From: Streptococcus sp.
Lineage (GTDB): Bacteria; Bacillota; Bacilli; Lactobacillales; Streptococcaceae
Length of the DNA: 64,000 nucleotides
Direction: 5' to 3'
Assembly (NCBI RefSeq): GCF_030528045.1
Contig: NZ_JAUMZR010000001.1
Coordinates: 17,798 to 81,797 of the forward strand
Both the position numbers and the translations under genes were made by a program. Below are positions 1 through 11,025 of the stretch, piece after piece. Position 1 is the stretch's first letter. Each line of letters starts with the position of its first letter. The notes under the pieces were generated by a model. It searched no databases, was not told where the DNA came from, and saw only the letters and a program-made list of their open reading frames with translations.

Positions 1-133
1 TGTATTGTTTATAATTATAGTATAAATATGCTATAGAGGCAAGTGATATTTTGAAAGCAGGAGCGATAATTGAATAATTATGAAAGAAAAGAGAAGGACG
101 ATTTTATGGTATAATAGGAAAAAGGAGTTTTAT

Positions 134-694
134 ATGCAAGATTTTTTTCAACGCTATTTTGATAGACTTGACTTAACAACTATTTTAGAGAATCTCTTGA
201 CCAAGGTGATTTCTCTTTTGATTTTGTTTCTGCTCTTTTATATAGCTAAAAAGATGCTTCATGCAACTGTACGAAAGATTGTCAAGCCCTCGCTTAAATT
301 TTCAAATCGGGATGCGGGAAGACAAAAAACCATTTCTCGTTTGCTAGAGAATGTCTTTAACTACATTCTTTATTTCTTCTTACTCTATTGCATCCTGTCT
401 ATTTTAGGTTTGCCAGTTTCTAGCCTCCTTGCCGGTGCGGGGATTGCCGGGGTGGCCATTGGTATGGGGGCGCAAGGCTTTCTATCCGATGTCATTAATG
501 GCTTCTTCATTCTTTTTGAACGCCAGCTTGATGTGGGTGATGAAGTAGTTCTGACAAATGGACCGATTACCGTTTCTGGAAAGGTCGTTAGCGTAGGGAT
601 CCGTACAACGCAACTGCGAGGTGATGATCGAGCCCTTCACTTTGTTCCCAATCGCAATATCACCGTCGTCAGCAATCTATCTCGTACTGAATAG
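134..694 (+). CDS. Small-conductance mechanosensitive channel (MscS family) protein
   Basis: ORF track 80..694. An internal ATG at 134 is preceded by AAAGGAG (118-124), so it is the preferred start. TM-rich N-terminus, then an MscS-like segment (LLAGAGIAGVAIGMGAQGFLSDVINGFFILFERQLDVGDEV) and a beta-domain. Confidence 0.75.
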   Translation: MQDFFQRYFDRLDLTTILENLLTKVISLLILFLLFYIAKKMLHATVRKIVKPSLKFSNRDAGRQKTISRLLENVFNYILYFFLLYCILSILGLPVSSLLAGAGIAGVAIGMGAQGFLSDVINGFFILFERQLDVGDEVVLTNGPITVSGKVVSVGIRTTQLRGDDRALHFVPNRNITVVSNLSRTE

Positions 695-751
695 GCCGGC
701 TATTTTAGCAGATTTGTGGTACAATAGAAGGAGTTTGGTAAAGGAGAGAGT

Positions 752-1660
752 ATGCTATTTGTAGAGAAAAAATTAGGTCACGATTGTACCTGGATAGACC
801 TTGATGTGGACAAGATTAAAAACATGGAAGACCTTTCGGATGTCTATGGATTGGACAAGGAAACCATCGAGTATGCTCTGGATAGAAATGAGCGTGCTCA
901 CATGGACTATCACCGTGAAACGGGAACGGTAACCTTCATTTATAATGTTCTTGACTTAGAAAAAGACAAAGAATATTATGAAGCGATTCCGATGACCTTT
1001 ATCGTTGAAAAACAACGGCTGATCACAATTAGCAATCACAAGAATAGTTATGTGATTAAACGAATGGCATCCTACCTTGAAAGCCATGAAGTTGTTTCAA
1101 TCTACAAATTTCTTTTTGCCAGTTTAGAGATTATAAGCAATGCTTATTATCCAGTGATTGAAGAGATGGATAAAGGTAAGGATGAAATCAGTGCACTTCT
1201 TCGTCAAAAAACAACTAAAAAAAATCTTTTTGCCCTCTCTGACTTGGAAACTGGTATGGTTTACCTGACAGCAGCTGCCAAACAAAATCGTCTCCTCTTG
1301 GAACACATCCAAGGGCATGCTCTTTATCGTAATTTTAATGAGGTAGAAAGAGAGCAGTTTGACGATGCCATGATTGAAGCGCATCAGTTGGTTTCGATGA
1401 CAGACTTGATTTCTCAAGTTTTGCAACAACTCTCAGCCTCTTACAACAACATCCTAAATAATAATCTAAATGATAATTTGACAATTTTGACAATCATCTC
1501 AGTCTTGCTAGCTATCCTTGCAGTTATTACAGGATTCTTCGGAATGAATGTTCCCTTACCGTTTGCAGATGAACCAAATGCTTGGATTTATATTTTGATA
1601 GCTAGTCTCATTTTATGGGTAGTCTTAGCCCAATATTTAAAGAATATTGCTAGAAATTAA
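752..1660 (+). CDS. corA: CorA-family Mg2+/Co2+ transporter
   Basis: 302 aa with a C-terminal two-TM region carrying the signature GMN motif (GFFGMNVPLPF). RBS GGAGAG is upstream. Confidence 0.85.
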   Translation: MLFVEKKLGHDCTWIDLDVDKIKNMEDLSDVYGLDKETIEYALDRNERAHMDYHRETGTVTFIYNVLDLEKDKEYYEAIPMTFIVEKQRLITISNHKNSYVIKRMASYLESHEVVSIYKFLFASLEIISNAYYPVIEEMDKGKDEISALLRQKTTKKNLFALSDLETGMVYLTAAAKQNRLLLEHIQGHALYRNFNEVEREQFDDAMIEAHQLVSMTDLISQVLQQLSASYNNILNNNLNDNLTILTIISVLLAILAVITGFFGMNVPLPFADEPNAWIYILIASLILWVVLAQYLKNIARN

Positions 1661-1677
1661 AAAGAAAAGGAGCCAGA

Positions 1678-2205
1678 ATGGCGATTGAAAATTATATGCC
1701 AGATTTTGCTGTGGAAGCAGTTTATGATCTGACAGTCCCAAGCCTGCAAGCGCAGGGAATCAAGGCTGTTTTGGTCGATCTGGATAATACTCTCATTGCT
1801 TGGAACAACCCTGATGGAACGCCAGAGATGAAGCAATGGCTACATGACCTCCGAGATGCAGGTATCCGCATCATCGTGGTCTCAAATAACACCAAAAAAC
1901 GAGTTCAACGTGCAGTTGAGAAATTTGGGATTGATTACGTTTATTGGGCCTTGAAGCCTTTCACATTTGGGATTAACCGTGCCATGAAGGAATTCCACTA
2001 TGAGAAAAATGAAGTGGTCATGGTCGGCGATCAACTTATGACGGATATACGAGCAGCTCACCGTGCAGGTATTCGTTCGATCTTAGTCAAACCCTTGGTC
2101 CAACACGACTCCATCAAGACGCAGATTAACCGAGCTCGCGAGCGCCGTGTCATGAAGCAAATTACTGAAAAGTATGGACCGATTACATATAAAAAAGGAA
2201 TCTAA
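1678..2205 (+). CDS. yqeG: YqeG-family HAD-IIIA phosphatase
   Basis: HAD motifs are present (VLVDLDNTL; MVGDQLMTDI). It heads the conserved Firmicute yqeG-yqeH-yhbY-nadD-yqeK-rsfS cluster. Confidence 0.85.
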   Translation: MAIENYMPDFAVEAVYDLTVPSLQAQGIKAVLVDLDNTLIAWNNPDGTPEMKQWLHDLRDAGIRIIVVSNNTKKRVQRAVEKFGIDYVYWALKPFTFGINRAMKEFHYEKNEVVMVGDQLMTDIRAAHRAGIRSILVKPLVQHDSIKTQINRARERRVMKQITEKYGPITYKKGI

Positions 2206-2207
2206 CT

Positions 2208-3314
2208 ATGGAAGAAATTCTCTGTATTGGTTGTGGAGCAACCATTCAGACGACAGACAAGGCTGGTCTTGGATTTACTCCCCAGTCGGCACTTGAAAAA
2301 GGCTTGGAGACTGGTGAAGTTTATTGCCAACGTTGTTTCCGTCTCCGCCATTACAATGAAATCACAGATGTCCAGTTGACGGACGATGATTTCCTCAAGC
2401 TCTTGCACGAGGTGGGAGACAGTGATGCTTTGGTAGTCAATGTCATTGATATCTTTGACTTCAATGGATCAGTTATCCCAGGCTTGCCACGCTTTGTATC
2501 GGGCAATGATGTCCTCTTGGTTGGAAATAAGAAAGATATCCTGCCCAAGTCAGTTAAACCGGGCAAGATTAGCCAGTGGCTCATGGAACGTGCCCACGAA
2601 GAAGGTCTTCGCCCTGTGGATGTCGTCCTGGCTTCGGCTCAGAATAAGCATGCTATTAAGGAGGTCATTGACAAGATTGAACACTACCGTAAGGGCCGCG
2701 ATGTTTACGTAGTTGGGGTAACCAACGTTGGAAAGTCAACCCTTATCAACGCCATTATCCAAGAAATCACAGGTGACCAAAATGTCATCACGACTTCGCG
2801 TTTTCCGGGGACAACCTTGGACAAGATTGAGATTCCGCTTGACGACGGATCTTATATCTACGATACACCAGGGATTATCCACCGCCACCAGATGGCCCAC
2901 TACTTGACGGCTAAAAACCTCAAGTATGTCAGCCCTAAAAAGGAAATCAAGCCCAAAACCTATCAGCTTAACCCTGAGCAAACTCTGTTTTTAGGTGGTC
3001 TTGGACGCTTTGACTTCATATCAGGAGAAAAGCAAGGATTCACAGCCTTCTTTGACAATGAACTCAAACTCCACCGTACCAAGCTAGAAGGCGCTAGTGC
3101 TTTCTACGACAAGCACCTTGGAACCCTTCTGACACCACCAAATAGCAAGGAAAAAGAAGATTTCCCAAAACTAGTCCAGCATGTATTTGCCATTAAGGAC
3201 AAGACAGACCTGGTCATCTCAGGCCTAGGCTGGATCCGCGTAACAGGCACCGCCAAAGTCGCCGTCTGGGTACCAGAAGGCGTCGCCGTCGTCACACGCA
3301 AAGCAATCATTTAA
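2208..3314 (+). CDS. yqeH: Ribosome biogenesis GTPase YqeH
   Basis: N-terminal Zn-ribbon (CIGCG...CQRC) and a circularly permuted GTPase (NKKD...GVTNVGKST...DTPG). Synteny supports the call. Confidence 0.9.
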   Translation: MEEILCIGCGATIQTTDKAGLGFTPQSALEKGLETGEVYCQRCFRLRHYNEITDVQLTDDDFLKLLHEVGDSDALVVNVIDIFDFNGSVIPGLPRFVSGNDVLLVGNKKDILPKSVKPGKISQWLMERAHEEGLRPVDVVLASAQNKHAIKEVIDKIEHYRKGRDVYVVGVTNVGKSTLINAIIQEITGDQNVITTSRFPGTTLDKIEIPLDDGSYIYDTPGIIHRHQMAHYLTAKNLKYVSPKKEIKPKTYQLNPEQTLFLGGLGRFDFISGEKQGFTAFFDNELKLHRTKLEGASAFYDKHLGTLLTPPNSKEKEDFPKLVQHVFAIKDKTDLVISGLGWIRVTGTAKVAVWVPEGVAVVTRKAII

Positions 3315-3336
3315 ACACAGAAAGGAAAGGGTTATC

Positions 3337-3500
3337 TGAATTTGGGCGAGCCCCGCGAGCCTATAACGAATACTTTTCGCCGTGGTGTCAGTTGGTACAA
3401 GTGATTGTACCAACTGCGGAAAATTTGAGACCTTAGGCTCAAATTTTAGTCATGAAAGTCCGAAGGACTTTGCTGACGTCCGTCACCACTTCAGAAAAGT
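3337..3500 (+). repeat. SPRITE-like small interspersed repeat, copy 1
   Basis: An intergenic element of about 160 bp containing a perfect hairpin (cagttggtaca-agtgat-tgtaccaactg). Its reverse complement aligns along its length with 28105-28265. Confidence 0.55.
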
Positions 3501-3527
3501 ATAAAAAGAAACTCTTTTAAAGAAATT

Positions 3528-3839
3528 ATGTCATTAACATCGAAACAACGTGCCTTCCTCAACAGCCAGGCACACACCCTCAAACCCATCATCCAAATCG
3601 GGAAAAATGGTCTCAACGACCAAATCAAAACCAGCGTCCGTCAAGCTCTTGACGCCCGTGAATTGATCAAGGTTACTCTCTTGCAAAACACAGAGGAAAA
3701 CATCCACGAAGTAGCTGAAATCTTGGAAGAAGAAATCGGTGTGGATACTGTCCAAAAAATCGGACGCATCTTGATTTTGTTTAAACAATCCAGCAAGAAA
3801 GAAAATCGCAAGATTTCCAAGAAAGTCAAAGAAATCTAA
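3528..3839 (+). CDS. yhbY: YhbY/CRS1-family RNA-binding protein
   Basis: 103 aa. The call rests on a CRM-domain-like sequence and its position in the yqe cluster. Confidence 0.8.
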   Translation: MSLTSKQRAFLNSQAHTLKPIIQIGKNGLNDQIKTSVRQALDARELIKVTLLQNTEENIHEVAEILEEEIGVDTVQKIGRILILFKQSSKKENRKISKKVKEI

Positions 3840-3889
3840 AACCTACTCCAAACAACCGTTTTTACAGAGAATTAAAGGAAGACGAGCCT

Positions 3890-4519
3890 ATGGCAATCGA
3901 ATTATTGACTCCCTTTACCAAGGTAGAGTTGGAGCCAGAAATCAAGGAGAAAAAACGCAAACAAGTCGGGATTCTAGGAGGGAATTTTAATCCCGTTCAC
4001 AATGCCCATCTGATCGTTGCGGACCAAGTACGACAACAGTTGGGACTGGACCAGATCCTGCTCATGCCCGAATACCAACCACCTCATGTAGATAAAAAGG
4101 AAACCATCCCCGAGCACCATCGGCTCAAGATGCTTGAGTTGGCGATTGAGGGGATTGAAGGCCTAGCTATTGAAACAATTGAGTTAGAGCGCAAGGGCAT
4201 TTCCTACACCTACGACACCATGAAGATTTTGACAGAGCAACATCCAGATACGGATTATTACTTCATTATCGGGGCTGATATGGTGGACTATCTGCCTAAG
4301 TGGTACCGAATTGATGAGTTGGTCGACATGGTTCAGTTTGTAGGGGTTCAGCGTCCGCGCTACAAGGCAGGGACTTCCTATCCAGTTATCTGGGTGGATG
4401 TACCGCTCATGGACATCTCGTCTAGCATGGTGCGTGACTTCCTTGCTCAAGGTCGGAAACCCAACTTTCTCCTACCTCAGCCAGTGCTAGACTACATCGA
4501 GAAGGAGGGGCTTTACTGA
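3890..4519 (+). CDS. nadD: Nicotinate-nucleotide adenylyltransferase
   Basis: [15 protein letters not shown] (H/TxGH nucleotidyltransferase motif). Synteny supports the call. Confidence 0.9.
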   Translation: MAIELLTPFTKVELEPEIKEKKRKQVGILGGNFNPVHNAHLIVADQVRQQLGLDQILLMPEYQPPHVDKKETIPEHHRLKMLELAIEGIEGLAIETIELERKGISYTYDTMKILTEQHPDTDYYFIIGADMVDYLPKWYRIDELVDMVQFVGVQRPRYKAGTSYPVIWVDVPLMDISSSMVRDFLAQGRKPNFLLPQPVLDYIEKEGLY

Positions 4520-5112
4520 TGGCATACCAAGACTATATCAACTGTTCTCGTGAGGTTTTGTTGGAAAGAATGGCAGAGCTTCTACCTGAAAAACGTTTAA
4601 CCCATTGTTTGGGGGTGGAGCGTGCAGCCATAGAACTTGCGAAACGATTTGGAGTCGATGCCGATAAAGCTGGTCTAGCAGGCCTTCTCCACGACTATGC
4701 TAAAAAGTTGTCAGATCAGGAATTTCTAGACTTGATTGACCGTTATCAGCTAAATTCTGACCTCAAAAATTGGGGCAATAATGTCTGGCATGGCATGGTT
4801 GGCATCTACAAGATTCAGGAAGATTTGGATTTGCATGATCCAGAAATCCTGCGAGCTATTGAAATCCATACAGTCGGAGCTGGTCAGATGACCAATCTAG
4901 ACAAGGTCATCTATGTAGCAGACTACATCGAGCACAATCGTGCCTTTCCAGGAGTGGATGTGGCGCGTGAAATTGCAAGTTTGTCACTTAATAAGGCAGT
5001 GGCCTACGAAACGGCACGAACTGTGGAGCATTTAGCTCATCAGGGATTCTCCATCTATCCCCAAACCCTTGAAACCTATAACGCCTTTGTGCACTATTTG
5101 AAAGAGGACTAA
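4519..5112 (+). CDS. yqeK: HD-domain bis(5'-nucleosyl)-tetraphosphatase YqeK
   Basis: HD motifs (HCLGVERAA...LLHDYAK). Its start overlaps the nadD stop. Confidence 0.85.
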   Translation: MAYQDYINCSREVLLERMAELLPEKRLTHCLGVERAAIELAKRFGVDADKAGLAGLLHDYAKKLSDQEFLDLIDRYQLNSDLKNWGNNVWHGMVGIYKIQEDLDLHDPEILRAIEIHTVGAGQMTNLDKVIYVADYIEHNRAFPGVDVAREIASLSLNKAVAYETARTVEHLAHQGFSIYPQTLETYNAFVHYLKED

Positions 5113-5466
<354 letters not shown>

Positions 5467-5476
5467 TAGATGAACT

Positions 5477-5500
5477 CAGTTGCAGGCAACTGGGTTTTAT
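5477..5500 (+). terminator. Rho-independent terminator after rsfS
   Basis: Hairpin cagttgc-agg-gcaactg followed by GGTTTTATTT. Confidence 0.6.
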
Positions 5501-5689
5501 TTGCTTATTTTAGAAAAAATGGATAGAAAGGTGAGGGCGTCGTGTTTTGTTCATCTCGAAACTGAACACGAGCTAAAAGCTGCGAGAAAAAGAGTAACTT
5601 CCTTTGTATCTGAAGATACAGCAGAAAGTTTCCTATTTTCTCCTTGCTTTTAACGCTCTTTGTATCTTAGAAAGGATTTGAACCCGTCC

Positions 5690-5790
5690 TGTAATTCTCG
5701 GAAAATAGACAGCCTTCCTTGGAGCTCGGCTCCATCGTCAGGTTCCTAATTTTCTATCGAATTACAGGCGGACTTGGTATCATGATTTAT
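5690..5790. repeat. RUP-like MITE with terminal inverted repeats
   Basis: An element of about 100 bp bounded by inverted repeats (gtcctgtaattc ... gaattacaggcggac). Intergenic between rsfS and the methyltransferase gene. Confidence 0.4.
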
Positions 5791-6529
5791 GGCGACTTAT
5801 GAAACCTTTGCGGCTGTTTACGATGCTGTGATGGACGATAGTTTATACGATAAATGGACGGATTTTTCCCTCCGTCATTTGCCAAAGACCAAGGAGAGAA
5901 AGAAACTCTTGGAATTGGCTTGTGGAACAGGTATCCAGTCTGTCCGCTTTTCTCAAGCTGGTTTTGATGTGTCAGGACTTGACTTGAGCGCGGATATGCT
6001 GAAGATTGCGGAGAAAAGAGCTACTTCAGCCAAGCAAAAGATTGATTTTATTGAAGGCAATATGCTGGATTTATCTAAGGCAGGTCAATACGACTTTGTC
6101 ACGTGTTATTCGGACTCTATCTGCTACATGCAGGATGAGGTCGAGGTAGGAGACGTTTTTAAGGAAGTGTATAATGTCCTCAACGAAGACGGAGTATTCA
6201 TCTTTGACGTGCATTCGACCTACCAGACGGATGAGGTTTTTCCAGGCTATTCCTACCATGAAAATGCGGAAGATTTTGCCATGCTTTGGGACACCTATGA
6301 GGACGAAGCTCCTCACTCCATCGTGCATGAGTTGACTTTCTTTGTCAAGGAGGCTGACGGTTCCTTTAGTCGCCACGATGAAGTGCATGAGGAGCGGACT
6401 TATGAGGTTTTGACCTATGATATTTTGCTGGAACAGGCTGGCTTCAAGTCTTTCAAACTCTATGCGGACTTTGAGGACAAGGAGCCAACAGAGACAAGTA
6501 CCCGTTGGTTTTTTGTCGCGCAGAAGTAG
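5789..6529 (+). CDS. Class I SAM-dependent methyltransferase (YqeM-like)
   Basis: Motif I LELACGTGIQS and the position after rsfS match the B. subtilis yqeM arrangement. Confidence 0.8.
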   Translation: MATYETFAAVYDAVMDDSLYDKWTDFSLRHLPKTKERKKLLELACGTGIQSVRFSQAGFDVSGLDLSADMLKIAEKRATSAKQKIDFIEGNMLDLSKAGQYDFVTCYSDSICYMQDEVEVGDVFKEVYNVLNEDGVFIFDVHSTYQTDEVFPGYSYHENAEDFAMLWDTYEDEAPHSIVHELTFFVKEADGSFSRHDEVHEERTYEVLTYDILLEQAGFKSFKLYADFEDKEPTETSTRWFFVAQK

Positions 6530-6532
6530 GAG

Positions 6533-6931
6533 ATGGATATGGTTCGATCAAAATATTCTTGGGAAGAAGTTTCGCAGTTTAATCGTATTCGTCAAAATGG
6601 AACGCTTTGGGAGAAAGATGGGCAATACTTCTATGTTCAGGAAGAAGGAACCGTATTTTCAGAGTTAGTCGTTTACGATATGTCTAAGAAACTTTTTGAT
6701 ATGTTAGTAAATGAAATAAAATCGGAGGATGATATCCGACATATGCTGATGTATGGAACATGGCCAATGACAGTTGCTGGATGCCATAGACCAACTATGT
6801 TGATAGCTTATCCTGAGTTACAAAAAAATTATAGTAATGAACAACTGGCAGAAATCCTTCCAGTAGGAGAAAAACAATGGCTTAACTGGAGAGGAAGATT
6901 GCCTGAGCGGTATCGTAGATTTCGTCATTAG
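6533..6931 (+). CDS. Hypothetical protein (132 aa)
   Basis: A clean ORF tightly packed between the methyltransferase and tmcAL. No recognisable motifs. Confidence 0.5.
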   Translation: MDMVRSKYSWEEVSQFNRIRQNGTLWEKDGQYFYVQEEGTVFSELVVYDMSKKLFDMLVNEIKSEDDIRHMLMYGTWPMTVAGCHRPTMLIAYPELQKNYSNEQLAEILPVGEKQWLNWRGRLPERYRRFRH

Positions 6932-6945
6932 AAAGGGAGAACATC

Positions 6946-8043
6946 ATGACCATCACAGGTATTATCGCGGAGTTCAATCCTTTCCATAATGGGCACAAAT
7001 ATTTGCTTGAGCAGGCGAAGGGACTGAAAATCGTTTCCATGTCTGGGAGTTTCATGCAGCGTGGAGAACCTGCTATAGTGGACAAGTGGACACGGGCTCA
7101 GATGGCGCTGGAAAATGGAGCGGATCTGGTAGTGGAATTGCCCTTTTTAGTTAGTGTTCAGGCGGCAGATTTCTTCGGTCAAGGAGCTGTGGATATCTTA
7201 GCTAGGTTGGGCATTGATAACCTCGCTTTTGGGACGGAGGAAGTTCTGGATTACCAAAAAATATCTGACTTATACACAGAGCAAGGCACTGAGATGGAGA
7301 ATTTTGTGGAAAATCTGCCTGATTCCCTTTCCTATCCCCAGAAAACCCAAGCCATGTGGAAAGAATTTGCAGGTCTAGATTTTTCAGGCAATACGCCTAA
7401 TCATGTCCTTGCTCTGGCCTATGCAAAGGCGGTTGCAGGACGCAACATCAAACTGCATCCGATTCAGCGTCAGGGGGCAGGTTATCATTCTGTGGACAAG
7501 GATGTGGACTTTGCCTCGGCAACAGCCATCCGTCAGCACCAATCAGACCAAGATTTCTTAGAACGCTTTATGCCTTCTCTTGACCTCTTTGAGTTGGCGT
7601 GTAGGGTGAGTTGGGATGACTATTTTCCCTTGCTCCGCTATCAAATCTTGTCAAATCCAGACCTAACCACCATCTATCAGGTCAATCAAGAAATGGCTGT
7701 GCGCATCAAGGAGGCTATCAAGAAGGCTCAGTCTGTTGACGAATTGGTCGAGGCAGTTGCCACCAAACGCTACACCAAGGCGCGTGTCAGACGCTTATTG
7801 ACTTATATTTTGGTGCAGGCCAGAGAAAGTTACTTGCCAGAAGCCATCCATGTCCTTGGCTTTACCGAAAAAGGCAGACAACATCTCAAGTCACTGAAAG
7901 AGCAGGTCCATCTAGTCAGTCGAATTGGCAAAGAACCTTGGGATACCATGACCCAAAAGGCAGACCAGATTTACCAACTGGGACAGCCAAGTATTGCAGA
8001 GCAGAATTTTGGCAGAGTGCCTATCAAAATCGAATCAAACTAA
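6946..8043 (+). CDS. tmcAL: tRNA(Met) cytidine acetate ligase TmcAL (UPF0348 nucleotidyltransferase)
   Basis: N-terminal [15 protein letters not shown] (HxGH-type motif) typical of the TmcAL/YlbM family. Confidence 0.8.
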   Translation: MTITGIIAEFNPFHNGHKYLLEQAKGLKIVSMSGSFMQRGEPAIVDKWTRAQMALENGADLVVELPFLVSVQAADFFGQGAVDILARLGIDNLAFGTEEVLDYQKISDLYTEQGTEMENFVENLPDSLSYPQKTQAMWKEFAGLDFSGNTPNHVLALAYAKAVAGRNIKLHPIQRQGAGYHSVDKDVDFASATAIRQHQSDQDFLERFMPSLDLFELACRVSWDDYFPLLRYQILSNPDLTTIYQVNQEMAVRIKEAIKKAQSVDELVEAVATKRYTKARVRRLLTYILVQARESYLPEAIHVLGFTEKGRQHLKSLKEQVHLVSRIGKEPWDTMTQKADQIYQLGQPSIAEQNFGRVPIKIESN

Positions 8044-8169
8044 GTCTACTGAAAGGTAGGCTTTTTTATTGTATGTTTTAATGAAAATCTCATTTTTAAG
8101 AGTTAGAAAGTTTGTTTGGTGATTTAAGAACTTTCTTCTAAAATTCACACAAAACTCTTCAATTTGGGT

Positions 8170-8198
8170 TTGTGAAAATCGGTTTTTTATGATAGAAT
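8170..8198 (+). promoter_or_regulatory. Putative sigma-A promoter of rny
   Basis: TTGTGA, a 17 bp spacer, then TAGAAT, about 50 nt upstream of the rny start. Confidence 0.4.
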
Positions 8199-8246
8199 AT
8201 TAAGGAATGTATGTCATTCGATAAACAAATTTAATGAGGTAAAAAC

Positions 8247-9860
8247 ATGGAAATCATGACACTTGCGATTGCTGTTTTTGCCGTCATCATTGGTTTAGTC
8301 ATTGGATATGTCAGCATCTCAGCTAAGATGAAATCATCTCAAGAAGCTGCAGAGTTGATGCTTCTAAATGCTGAACAAGAAGCAACTAATTTACGAGGAC
8401 AAGCTGAGCGCGAAGCGGATTTATTGCTAAATGAAGCCAAGAGCGAAAGCAAGTCTCTTAAAAAAGAAGCACTATTGGAGGCCAAAGAGGAAGCCAGAAA
8501 ATACCGTGAAGAAGTGGACGCTGAATTTAAGTCAGAACGTCAGGAGCTCAAGCAAATTGAAAGTCGTTTGACGGAGAGAGCTACGAGCCTTGACCGTAAG
8601 GACGACAATTTGACGAACAAAGAAAAAACACTTGAACAAAAAGAACAAAGTATTTCTGATAGAGCAAAAAACCTTGATGCACGTGAAGAGCAATTAGAGG
8701 AAGTCGAAAGACAAAAAGAAGCTGAACTTGAACGTATCAGTTCCCTTTCCCAAACTGAGGCTCGAGATATTATCTTGGCTCAGACCGAGGAAAACTTGAC
8801 CAAGGAAATTGCTAGCCGCATTCGTGAGGCTGAGCAAGAAGTGAGGGAACGTTCAGACAAGATTGCGAAAGATATCTTGGTTCAGGCTATGCAGCGTATC
8901 GCTGGTGACTATGTAGCAGAGTCAACAAACTCGACAGTTCACCTACCAGATGATACCATGAAGGGGCGCATTATCGGTCGTGAAGGGCGTAATATTCGTA
9001 CCTTTGAAAGTTTGACAGGAGTCGATGTTATCATTGACGATACACCGGAAGTGGTAACCTTGTCAGGATTTGATCCGATTCGTCGTGAAATTGCTCGTAT
9101 GACCATGGAAATGTTGCTCAAGGATGGCCGCATCCACCCAGCTCGTATCGAGGAATTGGTTGAGAAAAACCGTCAAGAGATTGACAATAAGATCCGTGAA
9201 TACGGTGAGGCTGCGGCCTATGAGATTGGTGCGCCAAACCTCCATCCAGACTTGATGAAGATTATGGGACGCTTGCAGTTCCGTACTTCTTATGGACAAA
9301 ATGTCTTGCGTCATTCGATTGAGGTTGCTAAGTTGTCTGGTATCATCGCCAGTGAACTTGGTGAAAATGCGGCTCTTGCCCGTCGTGCTGGATTCCTTCA
9401 TGACATCGGGAAGGCTATTGACCGCGAGGTTGAAGGTAGCCACGTTGAGATTGGTACAGAGTTGGCACGCAAGTACAAGGAACACCCAGTTGTGGTGAAT
9501 ACCATTGCTAGCCACCACGGCGATGTCGAAGCTGAAAGCGTCATTGCGGTGATCGTTGCTGCAGCAGATGCCTTGAGTGCAGCGCGTCCAGGTGCTCGTA
9601 GCGAGTCTCTTGAAAGCTATATCAAGCGTCTCCATGATTTGGAAGAAATCGCCAATGGCTTTGAAGGAGTGCAAAATAGCTTTGCCCTTCAAGCAGGACG
9701 TGAAATCCGTATCATGGTTAATCCAGGACAAATCAAAGACGACAAAGTCACAATCTTGGCTCACAAAGTTCGTGAGAAAATTGAAAACAATCTCGATTAC
9801 CCAGGAAATATCAAGGTAACCGTGATCCGCGAACTTCGTGCAGTAGATTATGCTAAATAA
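8247..9860 (+). CDS. rny: Ribonuclease Y
   Basis: N-terminal TM helix, a long coiled-coil, a KH domain ([19 protein letters not shown]) and an HD domain (HSIEVAKL...LHDIGKA). Confidence 0.95.
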   Translation: MEIMTLAIAVFAVIIGLVIGYVSISAKMKSSQEAAELMLLNAEQEATNLRGQAEREADLLLNEAKSESKSLKKEALLEAKEEARKYREEVDAEFKSERQELKQIESRLTERATSLDRKDDNLTNKEKTLEQKEQSISDRAKNLDAREEQLEEVERQKEAELERISSLSQTEARDIILAQTEENLTKEIASRIREAEQEVRERSDKIAKDILVQAMQRIAGDYVAESTNSTVHLPDDTMKGRIIGREGRNIRTFESLTGVDVIIDDTPEVVTLSGFDPIRREIARMTMEMLLKDGRIHPARIEELVEKNRQEIDNKIREYGEAAAYEIGAPNLHPDLMKIMGRLQFRTSYGQNVLRHSIEVAKLSGIIASELGENAALARRAGFLHDIGKAIDREVEGSHVEIGTELARKYKEHPVVVNTIASHHGDVEAESVIAVIVAAADALSAARPGARSESLESYIKRLHDLEEIANGFEGVQNSFALQAGREIRIMVNPGQIKDDKVTILAHKVREKIENNLDYPGNIKVTVIRELRAVDYAK

Positions 9861-9928
9861 ATAAGAAAGAGCGGTTGAAATATTACTGCTTTTTTGTTAC
9901 ACTAGATAGAAAGACTGTAGAAGGATAA

Positions 9929-10621
<693 letters not shown>

Positions 10622-10645
10622 ACTATAGGAAACAGGTACAAGCAA

Positions 10646-10960
10646 ATGATGTTAAAACCCTCTATCGATACCTTGCTAGACAAGGTGCCATCAAAATATT
10701 CACTCGTAATCTTGGAAGCAAAGCGTGCCCACGAACTAGAAGCCGGTGCGCCAGCAACTCAAGAGTTTAAGTCTGAAAAATCAACTCTTCGTGCTTTGGA
10801 AGAAATCGAGTCTGGAAATGTAACCATTCACCCAGATCCAGAAGGAAAACGTGAAGCGGTTCGTCTCCGTATCGAAGAAGAAAAACGCCGCAGAGAAGAA
10901 GAAGAAAAGAAAATCAAAGAGCAAATTGCTAAAGAAAAAGAAGATGGTGAAAAAATTTAA
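10646..10960 (+). CDS. rpoZ: DNA-directed RNA polymerase subunit omega
   Basis: [20 protein letters not shown] matches the conserved RpoZ N-terminus. The gmk-rpoZ synteny is conserved. Confidence 0.9.
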   Translation: MMLKPSIDTLLDKVPSKYSLVILEAKRAHELEAGAPATQEFKSEKSTLRALEEIESGNVTIHPDPEGKREAVRLRIEEEKRRREEEEKKIKEQIAKEKEDGEKI

Positions 10961-11025
10961 GGTTGGGGGGACTCAATCTTATTTTTTCTATTGCAAGAAT
11001 TTACTGACAAGAAGGAGGTGAGAAG

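Noticed and set aside
1124-1429. Minus-strand 101-aa ORF
   Set aside because: It is antisense within corA.
5670-5700. tRNA T-arm-like GGTTCAAATCC on the minus strand
   Set aside because: There is no matching acceptor or anticodon stems around it. It falls inside the RUP-like inverted-repeat element, so it is not a tRNA gene.
9063-9764. 233-aa ORF on the minus strand
   Set aside because: It lies entirely antisense within rny, whose KH and HD domains are unmistakable. It has no RBS and low-complexity composition, so it is an ORF-finder artefact.
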